Positions 48,453-57,921 of a stretch of DNA of 64,000 bases are shown piece after piece. This DNA is from a bacterium (GTDB lineage Bacteria > Armatimonadota > Zipacnadia > Zipacnadales > Zipacnadaceae): contig JAUWYY010000005.1 in the NCBI GenBank assembly GCA_030615605.1, positions 43,682 to 107,681 on the forward strand, in the 5' to 3' direction. Both the position numbers and the translations under genes were made by a program. Each line of letters opens with the position of its first letter. Within the stretch, counting starts at the first letter, position 1. Below the pieces are notes generated by a model. That model made no database searches. It had not been told where the DNA came from and was given only the letters and a program-made list of their open reading frames with translations.

Positions 48453-48776
48453 TCATTCTGCCAATAGCGCTGCGGCACCTTTTTCGATAGCCTCGGCAAA
48501 CAATCGCAGTCTCTCGTCGAGTCCCTTTCCTGCGAACAGTCTGCACAACTGCTGCTCCACGCCTGGGAGCAGGATCGGATTATGGATCATCTCTTCATGG
48601 CACCAGTAACACAGAACAATCAGCTCCTCCCGCATCTCCTCAGGGAAGCTGCCAGTCCATTCGCTCAGCCGCAAGGGGAGGCGATGGTGCCGGCTACGGT
48701 CAGTCAGGTTGCGGCCATAGTCGGTATTGGTCAGCTCACAGTCGCATAGTGTGCATCGGTCGGTCAATGTGTTCAC
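48453..48776 (-). CDS. Small HNH-like endonuclease ORF (possibly decayed)
   Basis: CTLCDC...RHHRLP...LCYWCHEEMIH spacing resembles an HNH/zinc-finger nuclease. Surrounded by short degenerate direct repeats. Confidence 0.3.
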   Translation of the reverse strand: MNTLTDRCTLCDCELTNTDYGRNLTDRSRHHRLPLRLSEWTGSFPEEMREELIVLCYWCHEEMIHNPILLPGVEQQLCRLFAGKGLDERLRLFAEAIEKGAAALLAE

Positions 48777-48799
48777 CTCCTATCTGCTCGACGGTCAGC

Positions 48800-49525
48800 T
48801 CAAGGTCGGCATCGGCTTTCTCCTATTATTGCCGAGGCAGCCTTCAGCGCACGTATTCTCTGCCTCAGCAACTTCAGAGAGTCCTTTGTCCATTCCCTCC
48901 CGTCGTCGTCTAATTCCCCTTGCCGAAGGTGCCAGCGCAGCTCTCTCGCGCTGTCCTGTAGACAGGCGATGAGCCTGCTACCAAAACCCCATTCGGCTGC
49001 CAACTGGTCGGCCTCCATCTGTAGCCGTTGCTCCTCGGCCTCTGACCACTCGTCAACCTTATGACTGCACTGATGACCGGCGACAACGTGGCCTATCTCA
49101 TGCGCGAGCGTGGCAGCCAAATCTGGCGAAGAAAAGCCGATATCACCATCGGGCAGTGGGCACCAACCTATGTGTACCTCGTATGTCCTGCCATAAGGAC
49201 CTCTAACTTCGGTGTCCAGTGAGTCCCCGAAGCCCTCCGGGTCTACCATGCTGAAATAGAGCGCTGGTCTGCCGCGCCGGATACGGTCCCAGACCTTTGC
49301 GGGTAAAGCCTCCATGATCTCAACGATATCCGGCTCAACGATTGGCCGGATTACTCTCGCCCACGCCCTTGTGTTCCGGTTCCTGGCCAAACGATGCTGT
49401 TTCTGGCTTGCCTCCTCAGGGCCTACCCACGCAGGAAGCGGAGGTTCTAGTTCTAATGGCTTGAAGTGATGGCGAACCCACTCACGTCTACTCAAGTTGT
49501 CTTCAGCGTCTGTCTGATCGCTCAT
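48800..49525 (-). CDS. Putative HEXXH zinc metallopeptidase (ImmA/IrrE / DUF955-like)
   Basis: ATLAHEIGHVVAGH motif. Adjacent to an integrase, as is common for ImmA-type anti-repressor proteases. Confidence 0.45.
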   Translation of the reverse strand: MSDQTDAEDNLSRREWVRHHFKPLELEPPLPAWVGPEEASQKQHRLARNRNTRAWARVIRPIVEPDIVEIMEALPAKVWDRIRRGRPALYFSMVDPEGFGDSLDTEVRGPYGRTYEVHIGWCPLPDGDIGFSSPDLAATLAHEIGHVVAGHQCSHKVDEWSEAEEQRLQMEADQLAAEWGFGSRLIACLQDSARELRWHLRQGELDDDGREWTKDSLKLLRQRIRALKAASAIIGESRCRP

Positions 49526-49645
49526 CGCTCTCCCATTCGGTACGGTCAGACCGGCAATCGCTTCCGCTTCTTTCCGCTTAAGAGCCCCGCCCTACCCCAT
49601 GCTATGGGTCAGATCGAGTCCTAGCTTTTGCTCAGAGGCCCCCTG

Positions 49646-50359
49646 CTATACGTCCTTATCTGGCTGATTCGGTACGCCGCGCGCCTGGGCCACCATTGCA
49701 AGCATTTCGTTGGCCGCTGCCTCCATCTGGTCTAGTTTCAGGTCAGACTCTTCGGCGGTCGGCGCACTTTGTACCTTCTGGCGCAGGTCCTTGGGGTTGA
49801 CGTGTAAGTACACGCTGGTCGTGATGATATTCGAATGACCGAGAAGCTGCTGCACCTCCGCCAGCGAGAAGCCGCTGTCCAACAAGCTGCTTGCGTATGT
49901 GTGCCGGAGTGCGTGGGGCTTAATACGGTACTGCCTCTGCCCGCTTTCCTGCACTTCAAACTCCTGAATACCCGTCTCCTTAGCATACCTCTTCACCATT
50001 TGGTCAGGATATCGTGAGTTGATCTGTTTGCCTGGCTTCGCGCCGCTAATAGTTGTGAAGAAGTACCGGCTATGCTTTGGCCTCTTCTCATTCCATAGGT
50101 GCAGCCAGTCCATTGTGCTGCGGTGCAGGGGAATCACCCTCTCCCGGCCGCCTTTGCCATTATGGATTTCCACCTCGCCAGTATCCCATCGGATATCACC
50201 AGGCTTGAGGTTTATAATCTCCCCGACTCGCAGGCCACCATGCGCCATAAGTTCGAGTACGCACCTGTTTCGCAGGCCGGTTATCGTCCTCACATTCGGC
50301 TGATCAAGTAGTACTGTGAGTTCACTTTGGGTTAGAATCTGTGGCAGTTTCTTTGCCAT
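49646..50359 (-). CDS. Tyrosine recombinase, short form (catalytic domain only)
   Basis: HALRHTYASSLLDSGFSLAEVQQLLGHSNIITTSVYLHV. Only 237 aa; the N-terminal core-binding domain is largely absent. Confidence 0.85.
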   Translation of the reverse strand: MAKKLPQILTQSELTVLLDQPNVRTITGLRNRCVLELMAHGGLRVGEIINLKPGDIRWDTGEVEIHNGKGGRERVIPLHRSTMDWLHLWNEKRPKHSRYFFTTISGAKPGKQINSRYPDQMVKRYAKETGIQEFEVQESGQRQYRIKPHALRHTYASSLLDSGFSLAEVQQLLGHSNIITTSVYLHVNPKDLRQKVQSAPTAEESDLKLDQMEAAANEMLAMVAQARGVPNQPDKDV

Positions 50360-50555
50360 GATGACTCCTTTGGGTATAACTATTGTACTTCACTCTATGT
50401 ATTATATAGGATTGCTTAATCTATGTCAAATAGTTATTAGATATAGTGATTCGGTAGGTAGGCACAGGCCCAGACTGCACCTGTCCGGCAAGCGGGGGCC
50501 TATTGTCCGGCCACCTGCTCCTGCCCTGCCCCTGGGCCGCGCCCTGCCCTGGCCT

Positions 50556-51524
50556 TCACCTCCGTGCCACCTCCTGCTCGACCGCCGCTGTAATCCTGTG
50601 CCCGACTGCCGCAAGCACCTGCGCCTGTGACTGCACGGCCCGCAACTGATCGCCGGTTAGCTGACAAAGCTGCTCCACGTGCTCCATTGCCCAGGTGTCA
50701 AGCCGCCCGATAGCCTCAAGCCGCCGCTCAAACTCACTCTTCGCCCGCACAACCTCCTCACTCAACTGGTGGTCAGAGAATCCAAGTGAGGTCTGAACCG
50801 GCGTTTCACTGAGTCCATACCCGCCCTTGACCTTCTCAATTATGGTGATCACCGCTGCAACTGGCCGGTTTCGCGCAGCAGAGGTGGCTTCTTCTTGGGG
50901 ATTGCCCACAACCCAAGCTTCCGGCAGGTCATACTGGCAAGCTTCGCAACGTACTATGCCCTCCGCGTTGATCTTATGACAGCGCGGGCAACGCACTGGC
51001 GACAGGTTAGCGCAAGGCAGCTTGCTCAATTCCTGCAACGCTACTAACCCCACCTTCCCGTCAATGTATGCTTGCTTGAGTTTGTCGCCTGCGTTATCGG
51101 CGAGATCAATTCTCCCGTCAATGAATGCCACTGATCGGCCCGCCTTCTGCCCTACAGCCGCTGCGCTGAGACCGTGTTTCTCGATCAGCTCTGCGAAACC
51201 GGCCCCCTCCTCCCAAGGCCAAATATCCTCTCGGTTAAGATTGTCCAGGAGAACATATTCCCGCGCCGCCTGGTCGTCTAGGTCAACAACAATCGCAGGC
51301 AACTCGTGCAAGCCCGCCTTGATCGCGGCAAGCCGCCGCCGGTGACCGGCCAGTAACTCAAACGACCCGTTCGACCGTCTCACCGTGACTTGCCCAATGA
51401 ACCCCTGCGCCCGAATGCTATCGGCAAGCTGATCAATGCCTTCGGTGCCGAAATGCTGCCGAGGTTGATCCTCACGCGGCTTGATCTGCGCTATCGGAAT
51501 TGTCGTTATGCTCGTCATCATCAT
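50556..51524 (-). CDS. ParB/Spo0J-like N-terminal (ParB nuclease) domain protein with C-terminal Cys-rich zinc-ribbon region
   Basis: IPIAQIKPREDQPR...FELLAGHRRRLAA (GHRR box). CPRCHKINAEGIVRCEAC. Confidence 0.75.
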   Translation of the reverse strand: MMMTSITTIPIAQIKPREDQPRQHFGTEGIDQLADSIRAQGFIGQVTVRRSNGSFELLAGHRRRLAAIKAGLHELPAIVVDLDDQAAREYVLLDNLNREDIWPWEEGAGFAELIEKHGLSAAAVGQKAGRSVAFIDGRIDLADNAGDKLKQAYIDGKVGLVALQELSKLPCANLSPVRCPRCHKINAEGIVRCEACQYDLPEAWVVGNPQEEATSAARNRPVAAVITIIEKVKGGYGLSETPVQTSLGFSDHQLSEEVVRAKSEFERRLEAIGRLDTWAMEHVEQLCQLTGDQLRAVQSQAQVLAAVGHRITAAVEQEVARR

Positions 51525-52167
51525 TCTCCTCTTCTGCTACAGGGAATGCCTCTCGCGGCACCCAACTTTTCTTAAACACCTTTGGCAGTCCGCATTCCTT
51601 CTGAGAATACACAAACTGCTGCCCGTCAATCTCTCGGGTTCGCGGCTGCCCTTCGGCGTCAAGCACTGGCACCCAGGGCCGCCCAGGATAGTAAACACGC
51701 CGGACATAATGCCAATACCCACCCCACCATATAAGCACGGCTAATAAGCTTGCTATCGGTGCAGAGTTAGGTGCGCTAAACACTAACCCGATCCACACTG
51801 CCGGCCCGATTATGAATTGACCAACACCCCACGCTAACCCGAAGAATACAACACAACACCCAGCCATTGTTGACCAGAAACTCGCAGGTTCCTGTGGTAG
51901 AATCTCCACGGCCTCCTCGTCAACCGCCTCGCTGTCGTTGTCGTTTGCTGTCGTTGTATTCTCTGAGGCCGTTCGTGGCTCTGGCTCTACCTCCACGCCT
52001 AGGGCCTCCTGCTGCACCGCCGCCTCCCCGCTGCCCGTCAACCTGTCCGGTGGCACCCAGGACTCGTTACCGAATTCGTCCACGGCAAGCACCCTCTCCT
52101 CCTGCCCGCCAGCAACCTCCTGCATCCGACTGACCGTTTGACCTTCTCTGCGTATAGGTATAAGCAT
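51472..52167 (-). CDS. Hypothetical membrane protein (two TM helices, acidic C-terminal tail)
   Basis: ORF overlaps the parB-like start. Hydrophobic core CCVVFFGLAWGVGQFIIGPAVWIGLVF. Confidence 0.4.
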   Translation of the reverse strand: MLIPIRREGQTVSRMQEVAGGQEERVLAVDEFGNESWVPPDRLTGSGEAAVQQEALGVEVEPEPRTASENTTTANDNDSEAVDEEAVEILPQEPASFWSTMAGCCVVFFGLAWGVGQFIIGPAVWIGLVFSAPNSAPIASLLAVLIWWGGYWHYVRRVYYPGRPWVPVLDAEGQPRTREIDGQQFVYSQKECGLPKVFKKSWVPREAFPVAEEENDDDEHNDNSDSADQAA

Positions 52168-53134
52168 TACAACTCACCTCCTCTTTACAAGCCCAGAATG
52201 ACCTTGATTAGCCGCGCCACCACCCCGCCGCCAAACAATTCTTTACTGAAGATTCGCCCAAGCTTCCTGTGTACTGCGCGTCGAAGAATTTTTCTCGGGG
52301 CCTTCGGATCTAGCATGAATAATTCTGCCCAGGGTTGCACGTTCCCCTGCCATCGGGCAAGCCGATAACAACCCTGCCGAACTCGTTTCCAACTCCTCAG
52401 TCTCACTGTCCTCGGCATTTTGACCACCTCCTCCTGCTCAGTTTATATTGATGAACACTATTATTATACTCTTTCTAGGCACGTTTGTCAAGTGTTTTAG
52501 CTTGTATTTCAATTCTTTTTTTTGGACCTGCCCTCTTCGCCACCTCAGAAACGCCCCTCTAAGCCCCTGCCCTCCTACCATTCACTTCTCCCGTGTCCAC
52601 CCCCGCCGTCGCCCCTGCTCGCCCTGCTTGCCCTGCTCTACCCCCCTACAATCTGCATTGTGGTATTCTCACCGGCACCACCACCCTCCCCTCCTATATT
52701 GAAGATAAAGAGAGAACGGTAGCGGAGTGCAACTGAAAACACACTTGCCGGGGGCTTGCGAGCCCCTAGGGATCTACTGGAGGGGGCAGCCAGCCCAGGT
52801 CCAGCCAGCGGCCAAATCACCGCCGGCAACAGCGCGGCAATGGCGCCGGAGCCATCTACTTTGCGAGTATCGTTCCTATTATACATTAAGCGACTGATAT
52901 ACGCCTTCTTAACTACATCTTCTGTATAGAATATGTAGTATATCCTGTTTTGCCTGTCTGTACGATAATTAGAATATATGTCCAAAACCCGCACGCTCGG
53001 GGTCAGCCGAAATTGAGATTGCCAGAGCAACGGGGGCTGCACGAGAAGTTGCGGGGCGTTGCGAGTTGTGTATGTTATATTGGGCGATTTGGGTGATACA
53101 TTCGTGATGTTTTGTTACAAATTTGATGTGAAAA

Positions 53135-53230
53135 GGGGGTAAAATGGCTGGCCGTGGGGGTAAAACTGGCGTCTGTGGGGCCGAAAATGGCTAGACGGGA
53201 GGGCGAGAGGGGGTAAAATGGCTAGACGGA
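53135..53230 (+). repeat. Iteron-like array: four ~22-bp direct repeats, consensus GGGGGTAAAATGGCTRGNCG
   Basis: Copies start near 53135, 53157, 53178 and 53209. Immediately flanked by an AT-rich, gene-free stretch (52400-53100). Candidate replication origin. Confidence 0.5.
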
Positions 53231-53235
53231 GGCTA

Positions 53236-53733
53236 CTAGAAGCCCGAATACTTGCTCTGGTGGATTCGTGATGTGGCGAGACAGCCTAAGATTTTATCGT
53301 GTTCTTCCTCGCGTTCGCGGTCTGCCTGGCGGCTGTCGCGGACTTTGGCGCGGATCTGCTCGACGTCGGCGCGCTGTTCGTCAGACCAATCGGCTTCGGC
53401 AATGTCCCACCAATCAAGCTCCTCGGAGTCCGGGTTCCCAGTATCTACCGCACCGACCGCGGATACCAGCCAAATACGGATGATATGCCTGCGTCGGAGG
53501 GTGCCCTCTCGCCCGCGCTCGAAGTCAATGCCGGCGGCAAGGAGTTCTGGCGTCCAGTTCCGAAGGTAGCGGATAAGCCAGGAGGCATTTGCAGGCCAAC
53601 CTTTTTGAGCGACGTCAATCTCATTCTCTTCGGCACACTGAGTCAACTCCTCAAAGAGCATCTCAGCAGTCCCCAGCCACTGCTCGCCCGGTTCCGAGAA
53701 CAGGAAATCACGAATGGCTTCAACCAGGATCAT
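53236..53733 (-). CDS. Hypothetical acidic protein (replication-module associated)
   Basis: 165-aa ORF with 4-nt overlap to the upstream HTH ORF. No assignable domain. Confidence 0.45.
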   Translation of the reverse strand: MILVEAIRDFLFSEPGEQWLGTAEMLFEELTQCAEENEIDVAQKGWPANASWLIRYLRNWTPELLAAGIDFERGREGTLRRRHIIRIWLVSAVGAVDTGNPDSEELDWWDIAEADWSDEQRADVEQIRAKVRDSRQADREREEEHDKILGCLATSRIHQSKYSGF

Positions 53734-53960
53734 AACAACACCTCCAAAGAATTAAACGACAGCACTACAACGTCAACGGCGTACAGTGGCGGCTCCCAGT
53801 CCGGCTCTTGGTAGAGAGCGAGGGGTTTATCGGATTTCGGAAAACTTTCCAATTTCCGACGTTCCTTCAAGTTCTCCGTGATTGTATCCTTGTGAACCCC
53901 CACCTCGTCGGCTATCTGCTGCTGGCTATAGCACGTCAACGCCGTCACCGCCTTCGTCAA
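53730..53960 (-). CDS. Small HTH DNA-binding protein
   Basis: QQQIADEVGVHKDTITENL helix-turn-helix-like segment. Confidence 0.45.
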   Translation of the reverse strand: MTKAVTALTCYSQQQIADEVGVHKDTITENLKERRKLESFPKSDKPLALYQEPDWEPPLYAVDVVVLSFNSLEVLL

Positions 53961-54189
53961 AATGAAGCTCTCTCACGGCGTCATCATCGCCTCCTTCCTT
54001 TGCCGTGGTCGTCGTGCTGTTCTATGTTTTCTGGTTGTCGTTTCTCTGCTTTGCTCACTGACGGTTATCCAAAGCAAGTCCGAGAGCAGTTTGGCCTTGA
54101 GTCTGCTAGGCAGGCTAAACTCGTGGCCTCGACCATTCGCTCGTTGAGTCGACTCAACGAGTTAACCTTAGGTCTCTGCAAAGGCGGCT

Positions 54190-54332
54190 TTCCTGTGTAA
54201 AATTCCTGTGTAACCCCCTTAAGGATATTACACAGGTTACACAGAGAGGACATTGCTCCATGTTTGGGGGCTTTGAGACCCCCCAAAACGTTGGTAGCTC
54301 GTCCTTTGTCCTGCTGTGTAATTACACAGCAT
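54190..54332. promoter_or_regulatory. Cluster of TGTGTAA / TTACACA half-sites forming palindromes (e.g. CTGTGTAATTACACAG)
   Basis: CCTGTGTAA x2, TTACACAG x4 within 140 bp, between the repA-like helicase 3' end and the HTH gene. Likely an operator array. Confidence 0.5.
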
Positions 54333-54340
54333 TACACAGG

Positions 54341-55501
54341 CTATTGACTCTGATCCATTAGCCGGATTTCAAATCGCTGTCTCGGCTGCCTATCCGTGGG
54401 CCTAACTGAGACAATCCCTGCTGCTGTCAATTTGTCAATATGATTGAATACGGTTTTACTCGTGACGTTGGCTGCTGCCTCTACCGCAACCTTCACTTCA
54501 TTTGACCAATGCCACTCGCCGCCCTTGAGTTCGCTAGTTATTGCGCTGTCCGTGGCGTCGAGTTGGACTGGCTCCAGCCCGTGTTCCACCTCGCCTATGC
54601 GCTCGAACCGCAAACTGCCATCGGTGAAGATCATTCGCGTGTTGAACCGAACTGGCGACCCCATGCGGTTTTTGTCCTGCATAATTTGCAAAATACCCGA
54701 ATTGTCTGATCGCCGGATTTGACATACCACATCCACGCCGCCCATAAGTGCCGACGCGCCCCTTGCAGTCTGTTGGGCGGTGCCTGAGGTACTCTTCGCG
54801 ACATGATGAATAACGATCACTGAGGCCCCAGTCGCCTCGGATACTTGCCGCAACCGCCCTGCTGCTGCACCCATCTGCGAATTGCTGTTCTCGTCGGTGT
54901 CGCCGAGGAAGTCTGATAGTGAGTCCAAGATGATGAGGCGGGCCTCTGCGTCTATTGCCAAACCACTTAGCTCCTGCACAAACTTGTCGGCGTCTAGGTC
55001 AAACTCCATATCCGTTACTATGGTGATCGGCAAGTTGGCCTTGGCTGCCAGCTTCTTGAATCGTTCCCTCAAGCGGACTGGGCGGTTTTCCTTATCCACT
55101 AACAACACGCCACCCTGGTGGACGGCGAGGCCTTGCCAAGGCTTGTCACCGGCCAGCGTAACGGCGAGCTCAAGTAGCAAATAGCTTTTGCCCACCCCCT
55201 CTTTACCTGCTAGTACAACCACGCTCTCTCCAGGCACGAACCCCTGCACGACATCCGGGGGCACGGGCCGCTTGTCTGCCAGCAGGTCGGCAAGGGTGAA
55301 GATATTTCGCTGCCGCCAGGCCTGCTTTCGCGCATGGTGCAGAATATCTTCGTAGCTGTGTCCGCCGAGGGTGGCCCAAGTCAAGCAAAATTGTTCGGCT
55401 GCTTGCTTCTCTGGGCTTGCGACAAGAAGCTCTGCGAGGTCTACTACTAGTTCCTCAAATGTCGGGCTTTTTGTGTCTAAGACGAAACTGTCCTTTTTCA
55501 T
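54341..55501 (-). CDS. RecA-fold AAA_25 ATPase, RepA-like replicative helicase with C-terminal winged-helix
   Basis: Walker A VVVLAGKEGVGKSYLLLELA. Walker B ARLIILDSLSDF. IVIHHVAKS. C-terminal KTVFNHIDKLTAAGIVSV HTH. Confidence 0.75.
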   Translation of the reverse strand: MKKDSFVLDTKSPTFEELVVDLAELLVASPEKQAAEQFCLTWATLGGHSYEDILHHARKQAWRQRNIFTLADLLADKRPVPPDVVQGFVPGESVVVLAGKEGVGKSYLLLELAVTLAGDKPWQGLAVHQGGVLLVDKENRPVRLRERFKKLAAKANLPITIVTDMEFDLDADKFVQELSGLAIDAEARLIILDSLSDFLGDTDENSNSQMGAAAGRLRQVSEATGASVIVIHHVAKSTSGTAQQTARGASALMGGVDVVCQIRRSDNSGILQIMQDKNRMGSPVRFNTRMIFTDGSLRFERIGEVEHGLEPVQLDATDSAITSELKGGEWHWSNEVKVAVEAAANVTSKTVFNHIDKLTAAGIVSVRPTDRQPRQRFEIRLMDQSQ

Positions 55502-56003
55502 TTCTACGCCTCCTGACTAAAGTTTGCGGCAACGGGCGGTCTTTAGGCCCGAGGCTTGGGCAGTGGTAAAGCCACACCGCCCGCTGCCGCTGGGATGAGG
55601 GGCCTCCTGATCAAAGATGCCCCGGCTGACTGTGCTTTACAAGGTTCAATGTGCCGCTGGCCTCGTGCGGGCTATGCAGACCGTAAGGACACCGAGGGCA
55701 CCAGCGAGCCCCCGTCGCGAGAGGGCTGATGTCTAGCATTGGCTGAGGTTCGGCGGTCATTGCCAAACCGGCATGCTGCAACTGGCCGACATGGGCCACG
55801 CCGCCCAGACTATTTGTGAACCCGGCGGCCCTGCCCGACTGACTGACCTTTGCCGCAGCAGGCCCCCCAGGCTGGTAAGCGTCTTCGGAAAGGATGGCAT
55901 AGGCTGGCACTCTGACTATCAAGAATTGCCGGCTCTATCGAGCTCTGTGTGTCTTCAGCGGGGTTGGCGCTTGCCGGCAGCAATGTGCCCCGGGAACTAC
56001 TAC

Positions 56004-56032
56004 TTGACAAACTAGTGATAGTACTCTATACT
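56004..56032 (+). promoter_or_regulatory. Consensus sigma70 promoter TTGACA-17-TATACT with overlapping inverted repeats (operator)
   Basis: TTGACA 56004-56009, 17-nt spacer, TATACT 56027-56032. AGGAGG RBS and ATG at 56070. TTGACA/TGTCAA and AGTAC/GTACT inverted pairs flank it. Confidence 0.5.
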
Positions 56033-56069
56033 TTGTACTCGTAGATGTCAAGCTACTACTTATAGGAGG

Positions 56070-56354
56070 ATGATGACTGTGACAAAGAGCAGCACGAACG
56101 AGGCACCGCTGCGCAGGATTCGGCGGGAGCTGGATCTGAGCCAAACGGACCTGGCGACCCTCTGCCAGATCAGCTCGCACAGCGTTACGCTTGCTGAGCA
56201 AGGCGGCACGCAGCGCCTACCCGGCAAGATTCTCGGCGTCCTCGCGGATCTGGGCTACGACCCGGATGCCCTCGCTGCAGAGCACGAGAAGTTCATGGCA
56301 GACCGCCGAGAGCAACTGCTCAAGCAGGTGAAGGCAAGGCGTCGCAACGGATAA
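56070..56354 (+). CDS. XRE-family HTH transcriptional regulator
   Basis: IRRELDLSQTDLATLCQISSHSVTLAEQG helix-turn-helix. Confidence 0.7.
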   Translation: MMTVTKSSTNEAPLRRIRRELDLSQTDLATLCQISSHSVTLAEQGGTQRLPGKILGVLADLGYDPDALAAEHEKFMADRREQLLKQVKARRRNG

Positions 56355-56650
56355 GGATCAAGCGAGCTCAGAACGCTGCTAAGTAGTTGACACAAGACCG
56401 GCCCGCGCGAACCTGGCGAGGCAGACGCGGGCCGAATAGCAGACCCGTGGGGCACCATCAAGACCAAGGCGGTTATGACGCTGTCCACGAGCTATCTGAT
56501 GAGTATACCGAAACCAGGTCCCAAGTGCAAGGCTCGACGACGTATGGAAGTGGCGATTCGTTATGAATCTGATTCAATGTATGCGAGGTCGGCCGTGAGA
56601 AAGGCAGACACGGAGAGCAGATTTGGTGCAAGCGGTTGTAAGCTCGCGGA

Positions 56651-56875
56651 GTGGCATCCATGGTCAGTGTGACAGCAGACAAGATCAAGACAATCGCGAA
56701 GACTGATCCACAGAGCGCCTACCGGCGCGCAGGCTTCAGTGGACAGCTCAAGAAGCAGGGCAAGAACTTCGTCGGTCTATGCCCATTTCATCAGAACACC
56801 AAGCCGAGTTTCACTATTACGCTGAGCGGCGACGACGCTCAATGCTTTCACTCGGGCAACCGCGTATTGACGTGA
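56651..56875 (+). pseudogene. Truncated DnaG-type primase N-terminal CHC2 zinc-finger fragment
   Basis: [37 protein letters not shown]...C-F pattern of zf-CHC2. The ORF terminates inside the finger, about 50 nt before the integrase gene. Confidence 0.45.
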
Positions 56876-56925
56876 CGCAAGTGGTGTCGTGATGCCCCCG
56901 CCGGACACCAGTTAGGGATAGATAT

Positions 56926-57921
56926 ATGAGAAGCACTGTAGCTGAACATCAAAGCGAGACAACAACAATAAGCCCCGGCTGCCAGCCGGGAGCAGCCGTT
57001 GTCGCTGACAATGAGCAGGGAATCTACGACTTCCAGTACTTGGTGGATTCTTTTCTGACCTATCTTGGCCAGTACCGCCAAGCTTCTCCGCTTACCCTAC
57101 AAGCCTACGGCCGGGATCTGAGGCGGCTGCATGGCTTCCTGATGTCTCATGGCCTAACGACGGATGCCCACAAGATCAGCAGCCGCCACCTCCAAGCCTT
57201 TGCCATCTCGATGAGTGGACTATCCGCAGCCACGATCACGCGGGCACTGAATGCCACCAGCTCGTTCTTCAGTTATCTAATGAGGAGCGGACTGGTAGAC
57301 TCCAATCCGGTGGCCGGCGTGATCAAGCCTAAGCAGAAGTCGAGTCTGCCCCAGGGGCCGACAATTCAGCAATGCCATCGGTTGGTCCAGGCCACTTGCG
57401 ATATTCGCGACCGAGCCATGATCATGATGCTTTTGACCGCCGGCGTGCGACGCTCCGAGCTGCTGAATTCGCGAACCAGCGATTTGACAGCCGATCTCAG
57501 TCGCATTCGCATTACTGGCAAAGGCGGCAAGGAACGGGTAATCCCCCTGCCGGGACAGACCCGGCGAATACTCAAGCAATACCTGGATGAGCGAGAGTCA
57601 ACATCAGAGCTTCTCTTCCCTAACACGTGCGCTAAGCGCATGGGCAACTCGACGTTCTATCGAATCTTCAAGCGCATTGTGAAGAAAGCCGGGCTTGACC
57701 AAGCAGGCATCACGGCCCATAGTCTGCGTCACGCCTATGCCACAATGCTGCTGCACTCGGCAGTGGATGTGAAGACAGTCCAGGAGCTGCTGGGCCATGC
57801 TGACCTGAGCACCACTTCCCGCTACCTGCACTCGGATGGCGCCACCAAGCAGGCTGCCGCTGAGGCTTTGCCTGAGTTTCTGGATGTGAGCGACGAAGGG
57901 GAAGAAACCAACGAGTCCTAG
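56926..57921 (+). CDS. Tyrosine recombinase / integrase
   Basis: FLTYLGQYRQASPLTLQAYGRDL N-terminal domain. HSLRHAYATMLLHSAVDVKTVQELLGHADLSTTSRYLH catalytic domain. Confidence 0.9.
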   Translation: MRSTVAEHQSETTTISPGCQPGAAVVADNEQGIYDFQYLVDSFLTYLGQYRQASPLTLQAYGRDLRRLHGFLMSHGLTTDAHKISSRHLQAFAISMSGLSAATITRALNATSSFFSYLMRSGLVDSNPVAGVIKPKQKSSLPQGPTIQQCHRLVQATCDIRDRAMIMMLLTAGVRRSELLNSRTSDLTADLSRIRITGKGGKERVIPLPGQTRRILKQYLDERESTSELLFPNTCAKRMGNSTFYRIFKRIVKKAGLDQAGITAHSLRHAYATMLLHSAVDVKTVQELLGHADLSTTSRYLHSDGATKQAAAEALPEFLDVSDEGEETNES

